From the IMG/VR virus record IMGVR_UViG_2684622669_000022, positions 1 through 3,913 of that record: a DNA stretch of 3,913 nt; one strand, written 5' to 3'. Under the pieces are notes generated by a model that was not told the DNA's origin, made no database searches, and was given only the letters and a program-made list of their open reading frames with translations. The stretch's first letter is position 1, and every line of letters starts with the position of its first letter. Shown here piece by piece: positions 1 through 3,913 of the stretch. The stretch is from a virus. Its lineage: Duplodnaviria; Heunggongvirae; Uroviricota; Caudoviricetes. The position numbers were made by a program, and so were the translations under genes.

Positions 1-171
1 ATGCAACAGTTCGCTATTGCAGGGGCGGCATCGGTTCGCCCTTTCAACCCGATTTTATCGGTACAGCATTCACGAAAAAATATTTTAACCGGAGCAGACT
101 TTAAACAACCAAGAATGAAAAGTTTGCTCGAAAAGCTTTGGGATATTTTGAAACAACAAGGCCGTCCATGA
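1..171 (+). CDS. cIII: Small protein (56 aa), probable CIII-like lysogeny regulator (FtsH/HflB protease inhibitor family)
   Basis: Frame 1 is open from ATG at 1 to TGA at 169-171; it is absent from the ORF track only because it is below the size cut-off. Translation: MQQFAIAGAASVRPFNPILSVQHSRKNILTGADFKQPRMKSLLEKLWDILKQQGRP. The N-terminal MQxxAIAG and C-terminal SLLE...LxDILxQxGxP resemble lambda CIII as I recall it (MQYAIAG...ESLLERITRKLRDGWKRLIDILNQPGVP). Its position upstream of the recombination genes matches the lambda pL order. The window may truncate an upstream extension. Confidence 0.45.
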   Translation: MQQFAIAGAASVRPFNPILSVQHSRKNILTGADFKQPRMKSLLEKLWDILKQQGRP

Positions 172-338
172 GTTTTACAGATAACTGGTCAGACGAAGAA
201 TTCATTCGTCAGATGAAAGAATTAATCGGTAACGAAGGAGATATTCATGTCACTTGCAACCACAGTGAAGGAGAGCAAGTTACAGAGACGCATGTACACG
301 CAGCAGGCGTTAATGTATCGCCAGAAGGGAGATCGTGA
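168..338 (+). CDS. Hypothetical small protein (56 aa), in the position occupied by kil/gam in lambda
   Basis: ATG at 168 overlaps the upstream stop as ATGA (168-171), suggesting translational coupling. Open to TGA at 336-338. The ORF track starts it at an upstream TTG (138), which I consider less likely. No recognisable motif. Confidence 0.45.
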   Translation: MSFTDNWSDEEFIRQMKELIGNEGDIHVTCNHSEGEQVTETHVHAAGVNVSPEGRS

Positions 339-425
339 AGGTGTTCGCGTATTTTTAAATGCGGCAAAGACTGAAGTATTAAATCAGCGTTATTTCCTTG
401 GGCCATGTCCATTCTGAGGTGAATT

Positions 426-1133
426 ATGGATTTGAACAAATTCGATGAGCCATTCAGCCCTGAAGATATCGAATGGCGAATACAGCAAAGCGGTAAAACA
501 CGCGATGGCAAGGTGTGGGCTATGGTGCTGGCTTATGTCACGAACAGGGCAATCATGAAACGCCTGGACGATGTTTGCGGCAAAGCAGGATGGCGCAATG
601 AATACCGCGATATTCCCAACAACGGAGGCGTTGAATGCGGCATATCAATCAGGATTGATTCCGAATGGGTAACCAAATGGGATGCTGCTGAAAACACGCA
701 GGTAGAAGCCGTCAAAGGTGGTCGTTCCGGCGCAATGAAGCGCGCTGCCGTTCAGTGGGGAATCGGTCGGTATCTGTATAACCTTGAGGAAGGTTTCGCA
801 CAAACATCTCTCGATAAAAAGCAGGGGTGGCACAGGGCAAAACTGAAGGATGGAACAGGATTTTACTGGCTCCCTCCATCGCTGCCGGGATGGGCAATCC
901 CAGCATCAGATAACAAACCATCACCAGAAAATACCAACCAGAAATCTCCATCGGTTGACTGCGAACAAATCCTGAAAGACTTCAGCGATTATGCATCAAC
1001 AGAAACTGACAAGAAAAAACTCATCGAGCGTTATCAGCGTGACTGGCAATTAATGGCTGGCAACGAGGAGGCGCAGGCTAAATGCGTTCAGGTAATGAAC
1101 ATCAGAGTTAACGAACTAAAACAGGCGGCATAA
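426..1133 (+). CDS. Rad52-family (Sak-like) single-strand annealing recombinase
   Basis: 235-aa ORF with Shine-Dalgarno GAGGTG at 416-421. It contains the block AVKGGRSGAMKRAAVQWGIGRYLY, which matches the conserved KRAxxxFGxGxYLY signature of phage Rad52-like annealing proteins, and an upstream GxxGW motif. It sits directly before ssb, as is usual for phage recombination modules. Confidence 0.8.
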   Translation: MDLNKFDEPFSPEDIEWRIQQSGKTRDGKVWAMVLAYVTNRAIMKRLDDVCGKAGWRNEYRDIPNNGGVECGISIRIDSEWVTKWDAAENTQVEAVKGGRSGAMKRAAVQWGIGRYLYNLEEGFAQTSLDKKQGWHRAKLKDGTGFYWLPPSLPGWAIPASDNKPSPENTNQKSPSVDCEQILKDFSDYASTETDKKKLIERYQRDWQLMAGNEEAQAKCVQVMNIRVNELKQAA

Positions 1134-1640
1134 ATGGCAAGCAGAGGCGTAAATAAGGTGATTATCCTTGGTCGGGTAGGACAAGACCCGGAAGTTCGAT
1201 ACTCACCATCAGGAACAGCGTTCGCTAACCTGACAATAGCCACGTCAGAACAATGGCGAGATAAAAATACTGGCGAGCAAAAGGAATTGACTGAATGGCA
1301 TCGTGTTGCTGTATCCGGGAAACTGGCTGAGGTCGTGGGGCAGTATGTGAAAAAAGGTGATCAGATTTATTTCGAGGGAATGCTGAGAACCAGAAAGTGG
1401 AAAGACCAGTCAGGGCAAGACCGTTACACAACCGAGGTTCATGTCGGAATTAATGGCGTGATGCAAATGCTTGGCGGCATTGGCGACAGCAAACAACAAG
1501 CAGCCAGCAGGCAATCACAGAAGCCACAGCAGCAATCATCACCAGCACAACACAACGAACCTCCGATGGATTTTGACGACGATATACCCTTTGCACCAGT
1601 AACTCTCCCCTTCCCTCGTCACGCTATTCACGCAATTTAA
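1134..1640 (+). CDS. ssb: Single-stranded DNA-binding protein (phage SSB) with a 15-residue extension after the DDDIPF tip
   Basis: N-terminal OB-fold region ([23 protein letters not shown]...[15 protein letters not shown]...[19 protein letters not shown]...MQMLGG) is near-collinear with E. coli SSB. A short Q/S-rich linker is followed by [11 protein letters not shown]. The start ATG directly abuts the upstream TAA (1131-1133). Confidence 0.95.
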   Translation: MASRGVNKVIILGRVGQDPEVRYSPSGTAFANLTIATSEQWRDKNTGEQKELTEWHRVAVSGKLAEVVGQYVKKGDQIYFEGMLRTRKWKDQSGQDRYTTEVHVGINGVMQMLGGIGDSKQQAASRQSQKPQQQSSPAQHNEPPMDFDDDIPFAPVTLPFPRHAIHAI

Positions 1641-1642
1641 TC

Positions 1643-1647
1643 AGGAG
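1643..1647 (+). promoter_or_regulatory. Shine-Dalgarno (AGGAG) for the 1654 ORF
   Basis: AGGAG lies 6 nt upstream of ATG 1654. Confidence 0.6.
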
Positions 1648-1653
1648 AAAATC

Positions 1654-1950
1654 ATGCCAGCGCCTCTGTATGGTGCGGATGACCCGCGCCGCTGTTCCGG
1701 CAATTCCGTATCGGAGGTGCTGGATAAATTCAGAAAAAACTACGATCGAATAATGTCTCTACCGCAGGAAACGAAAGAGGAAAAGGAATTTCGCCACTGT
1801 ATATGGCTTGCAGAGAAAGAAGAACGCGAGCGAATTTACCAGACATCAATCCGACCATTCCGCAAAGCCACATATACCCACTTCCCTGAATATATCGACC
1901 CGCGCCTGCGTAATTACCGCTCACGCTATGGCGCTATCAGTAATGACTGA
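1654..1950 (+). CDS. Hypothetical prophage protein (98 aa)
   Basis: ATG start with a good Shine-Dalgarno. Lys/Glu/Arg-rich sequence with no motif I recognise. Co-oriented and tightly packed within the operon. Confidence 0.7.
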   Translation: MPAPLYGADDPRRCSGNSVSEVLDKFRKNYDRIMSLPQETKEEKEFRHCIWLAEKEERERIYQTSIRPFRKATYTHFPEYIDPRLRNYRSRYGAISND

Positions 1951-1960
1951 GGAATTTACC

Positions 1961-2125
1961 ATGAGAGGACTTGCATACAATCCCGGCATTCTTCCGGAAG
2001 AAATGATTATTCGCCAACGCGTAAAGCCAATGCCATCGAGAGAGGAATTGCTTAAGAGAAATTCTTCTCCGTCAGTGAATCAAAACAAATATCTGAATGC
2101 GATGTGGCGGAGTGGGAAGAAATGA
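1961..2125 (+). CDS. Hypothetical small protein (54 aa)
   Basis: ATG at 1961 is preceded by GAGGA (1949-1953) at 7-nt spacing. The ORF track extends this frame back to 1808, but that extension overlaps the 98-aa gene and has no ribosome-binding site. Its stop overlaps the next gene's ATG as ATGA (2122-2125). Confidence 0.5.
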   Translation: MRGLAYNPGILPEEMIIRQRVKPMPSREELLKRNSSPSVNQNKYLNAMWRSGKK

Positions 2126-2640
2126 AACGAATGACACTAATTGAGATGGATGGATTTCTGAAAGGTAAATGCATCTCATGTGATTTAAAGGTTAACGAAA
2201 CAAATGCTGAATATATGGTGCGTAAATTTGCTGAAGCTGAGGCCAAGTGCGCGGCGCTGGCAGCGGAGAATGCGGGGCTGAAGTCTGGCGCTATGGACGA
2301 AATCAAGGTTATCAACCGTGGAGGGCAGGCATATTGCGTAAAAGATGGAGTGCAAGTTAATCCCATGTATGCAAGAGGGTGGAATGACTATCGCGCAAAG
2401 TTTCTGCAATCAGACACCCCAGCCACCGATGCTTTCCTGGCTGAAGTACGAGCGCAGGGCGTGGATGCTGCTATAGAAGCTGCAAAAAATCTGGTGGCCC
2501 AAGAATATGAGTATAAGGATTTCAAAGCGGCGCAGAGTGATTGCTGTATGCACCCTGGTTCAGACCTGGTAGGGAAGGTTGAAATGACTGAGTGGTTAGT
2601 TGACTTTGCTTCCCAGCTTCGCAAAGGAGTGCGGTCATGA
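2122..2640 (+). CDS. Hypothetical prophage protein (172 aa, several Cys residues)
   Basis: ATG 2122 is preceded by GGAG (2109-2112). The ORF track begins at GTG 2104; I prefer ATG 2122 because of the ATGA overlap with the upstream stop. Contains CISC, YCVKDG and DCCMH; no family recognised. Confidence 0.7.
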   Translation: MKRMTLIEMDGFLKGKCISCDLKVNETNAEYMVRKFAEAEAKCAALAAENAGLKSGAMDEIKVINRGGQAYCVKDGVQVNPMYARGWNDYRAKFLQSDTPATDAFLAEVRAQGVDAAIEAAKNLVAQEYEYKDFKAAQSDCCMHPGSDLVGKVEMTEWLVDFASQLRKGVRS

Positions 2641-3305
2641 GCAACATCGATAAACGCGCATTACGTCATAGCGCAGAAAGCATAATCGGCATTCTGGAAA
2701 ACATTGCCGGGTTCGAACCATCTGATATCGACGGCGACTCTGTAGAGCTCCGCTTTGAAACTGAGGACGGTTTCGATACTGGTTGTGACGTTAGCATTGT
2801 TGACCAGTGCCAGAAAACCGCTGATGTAGTTCGGGCGCTGCTGGATGAGCTGGAAAGAAACCAGCAATACATCAAACGCCGCGACCAGGAGAACGAGGAT
2901 ATTGCGCTAACGGTAGGGAAGCTGCGTGTTGAGCTGGAAGCCGCAGAGAACAACCTTATTGATAGTGAGTGCCATGTTGCTGAACTGGAAGAAGCGCTAC
3001 ACGATAAGCAGGCGTTACTTGAAGCATCAGAGAAGCGCATAGCAGAACTGGAAGCCGAACTTGTAAGCCAGACTTACAAGTTGAACGAGCTGTCGGGCAA
3101 CTCTCCGGTAACTCCGGATGGTTGGATAAGCTGTAGTGATCGAATGCCAAGCGAAGAAGATGTTTTGGTTTATTGCTCAGACACAAAAGAGCAGATGGTA
3201 GGGTTTCACAAAGGTAAAGGGTTATTTCAATTCTTTTACATGAATGGTGTTGAGGGGGTATGTGAGCCGTCACACTGGATGCCGCTACCAGAGCCTCCAC
3301 TTTGA
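2637..3305 (+). CDS. Ea22-like coiled-coil protein with a DUF551-like C-terminal domain
   Basis: ATG 2637 overlaps the upstream stop as ATGA and is preceded by AAGGAG (2624-2629). The protein has three parts: an N-terminal domain, a central Glu/Leu-rich heptad region (LDELERNQQ...AELEEALHDKQALLEASEKRIAELEAEL), and a C-terminal module ending in HWMPLPEPPL. That ending resembles the DUF551 tail of enterobacterial prophage Ead/Ea22-like proteins as I recall them. Confidence 0.75.
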   Translation: MSNIDKRALRHSAESIIGILENIAGFEPSDIDGDSVELRFETEDGFDTGCDVSIVDQCQKTADVVRALLDELERNQQYIKRRDQENEDIALTVGKLRVELEAAENNLIDSECHVAELEEALHDKQALLEASEKRIAELEAELVSQTYKLNELSGNSPVTPDGWISCSDRMPSEEDVLVYCSDTKEQMVGFHKGKGLFQFFYMNGVEGVCEPSHWMPLPEPPL

Positions 3306-3389
3306 AAGCGAAGCTTATACATATCTTTTACATCAGCAATCTATTGTTAATCTCCAATCAATGTTACGTTGTCATCTCACTCATGCTTT

Positions 3390-3394
3390 GGAGG
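3390..3394 (+). promoter_or_regulatory. Shine-Dalgarno (GGAGG) for the zinc-ribbon ORF
   Basis: GGAGG lies 7 nt upstream of ATG 3402; it is the best consensus match in the window. Confidence 0.65.
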
Positions 3395-3401
3395 TAGTGA
3401 T

Positions 3402-3581
3402 ATGTCTTGTCCAAAATGCGGTTCTGGAAATATTGCAAAAGAAAAAACAATGCGTGGATGGTCTGGTGATTATGTGTGCTGCGATTGCGGATACAACGAC
3501 TCTAAAGACGCATTTGGAGAGCGTGGTAAAAACGAGTTTGTTAAAATTAATAAAGAACGCGAAGGCAACGAAAAAAGCTAA
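3402..3581 (+). CDS. Small zinc-ribbon protein (59 aa; CPKC ... CCDC)
   Basis: MSCPKCGSGNIAKEKTMRGWSGDYVCCDCGY has two Cys pairs about 20 residues apart, followed by a Lys/Glu-rich tail. Strong Shine-Dalgarno. The ORF track starts it at TTG 3369, but ATG 3402 has the ribosome-binding site. It is the last gene before the terminator and xis, the position of ea8.5 in lambda. Confidence 0.7.
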   Translation: MSCPKCGSGNIAKEKTMRGWSGDYVCCDCGYNDSKDAFGERGKNEFVKINKEREGNEKS

Positions 3582-3645
3582 TTTATTTATTCATATATTA
3601 ATACAATGTAACCAATATTCGAATTGAAGAACTGAAAGAACACCA

Positions 3646-3668
3646 AGCCGCCTGATGGCGGTTTTTTA
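3646..3668 (+). terminator. Rho-independent terminator (GC stem, UGAU loop, T-tract)
   Basis: GCCGCC (3647-3652) pairs with GGCGG (3657-3661) around the loop TGAT, followed by six T residues (3662-3667). The reverse strand has no T-run after the hairpin, so it should act only on + strand transcripts. Confidence 0.6.
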
Positions 3669-3712
3669 TTGCCTGATTTGCAGGTTCGATTCCCTATTCG
3701 GAGATAGCACTC

Positions 3713-3913
3713 ATGCAACACGAACTACAACCTGATTCACTGGTTGATTTGAAATTCATCATGGCTGATACTGGCTTTGGTAAAACCTTCATCTATGACC
3801 GGATTAAGTCCGGAGACCTGCCTAAAGCTAAAGTTATCCACGGGCGAGCAAGATGGTTATATCGTGACCATTGTGAATTCAAAAATAAGCTCTTAAGCCG
3901 CGCCAATGGGTAA
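3713..3913 (+). CDS. xis: AlpA-family excisionase / phage DNA-binding regulator (Xis)
   Basis: 66-aa ORF with GGAGA (3700-3704) 8 nt upstream. LVDLKFIMADTGFGKTFIYDRIKSGDLPKAKVIHGRARWLYRDHCEF fits the AlpA/Vis-type winged-helix pattern. It lies at the distal end of the early-left operon, where xis precedes int in lambdoid phages. Confidence 0.8.
   Translation: MQHELQPDSLVDLKFIMADTGFGKTFIYDRIKSGDLPKAKVIHGRARWLYRDHCEFKNKLLSRANG

Noticed and set aside
314-415. 33-aa ORF (MYRQKGDREGVRVFLNAAKTEVLNQRYFLGPCPF) bridging the 168-338 gene and the annealase gene.
   Set aside because: Very short, out of frame with the preceding gene, and no clear ribosome-binding site; cannot be supported from sequence alone.
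1808-1960. Upstream extension of the 54-aa ORF (track start 1808), and alternative non-ATG starts listed in the track (TTG 138, GTG 2104, TTG 3369).
   Set aside because: The extensions overlap upstream genes out of frame and lack ribosome-binding sites. In-frame ATGs at 1961, 168, 2122 and 3402 have Shine-Dalgarno sequences or ATGA coupling.
2666-3040. 124-aa minus-strand ORF rich in Ser runs, and other minus-strand ORFs (245-511, 533-951, 1225-1431, 1730-1924, 2052-2624, 2956-3300).
   Set aside because: All lie antisense to well-supported + strand genes. The Ser-rich one mirrors the Glu/Leu codons of the coiled-coil gene. None has a plausible ribosome-binding site, and none fits the single-strand operon layout.
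2930-3062. Reiterated GAGCTGGAAG/GAACTGGAAG motifs suggesting a DNA-level repeat.
   Set aside because: They are in frame and encode the Glu-Leu-Glu heptads of the coiled coil, so they reflect protein periodicity, not a repeat element or CRISPR-like array.
3302-3372. Possible sigma-70 promoter elements (TTGAAA at 3302-3307, TTTACA at 3327-3332, TTGTTA at 3344-3349) ahead of the zinc-ribbon gene.
   Set aside because: No -35 candidate has a properly spaced -10 hexamer resembling TATAAT, so no promoter call is made.
3619-3626. 8-bp palindrome ATTCGAAT in the AT-rich spacer before the terminator.
   Set aside because: Too short to separate from chance; no flanking symmetry or repeated copies to suggest an operator or recombination site.
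3244-3627. 127-aa + strand ORF spanning the end of the Ea22-like gene, the intergenic region and the zinc-ribbon gene.
   Set aside because: It overlaps two better-supported genes out of frame and runs through an intergenic spacer; no Shine-Dalgarno at its start.
3683-3693. GGTTCGATTCC, an 11-mer identical to the conserved tRNA T-arm/T-loop consensus, just upstream of xis; possible tRNA fragment or att remnant.
   Set aside because: Flanking bases do not form a T-stem (GCAGG versus CCCTA gives only 2 of 5 pairs), and there is no acceptor stem or CCA context. The expected att site is downstream of int, not upstream of xis. Most likely a chance match or part of the xis leader.

Overview
The window reads as one co-directional (+ strand) block from the early-left (pL-type) operon of a lambdoid enterobacterial prophage. 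Gene order: a small CIII-like ORF (1-171), a 56-aa ORF (168-338), a Rad52-family single-strand annealing protein (426-1133), a phage SSB very similar to E. coli SSB (1134-1640), four uncharacterised accessory ORFs (1654-3305) of which the last is an Ea22-like coiled-coil protein, a 59-aa zinc-ribbon protein (3402-3581), an intrinsic terminator (3646-3668), and an AlpA-type excisionase (3713-3913). An integrase and attachment site are expected just beyond the 3' end. I found no rRNA, complete tRNA, CRISPR array, transposase or recognisable defence enzyme. The most unusual observation is that the SSB ORF runs 15 codons past the conserved DDDIPF tip. The accessory ORFs between ssb and xis are the most likely place for undescribed biology, but I cannot assign them a function from sequence alone. 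All product calls rest on motif recognition from memory; no database search was possible.
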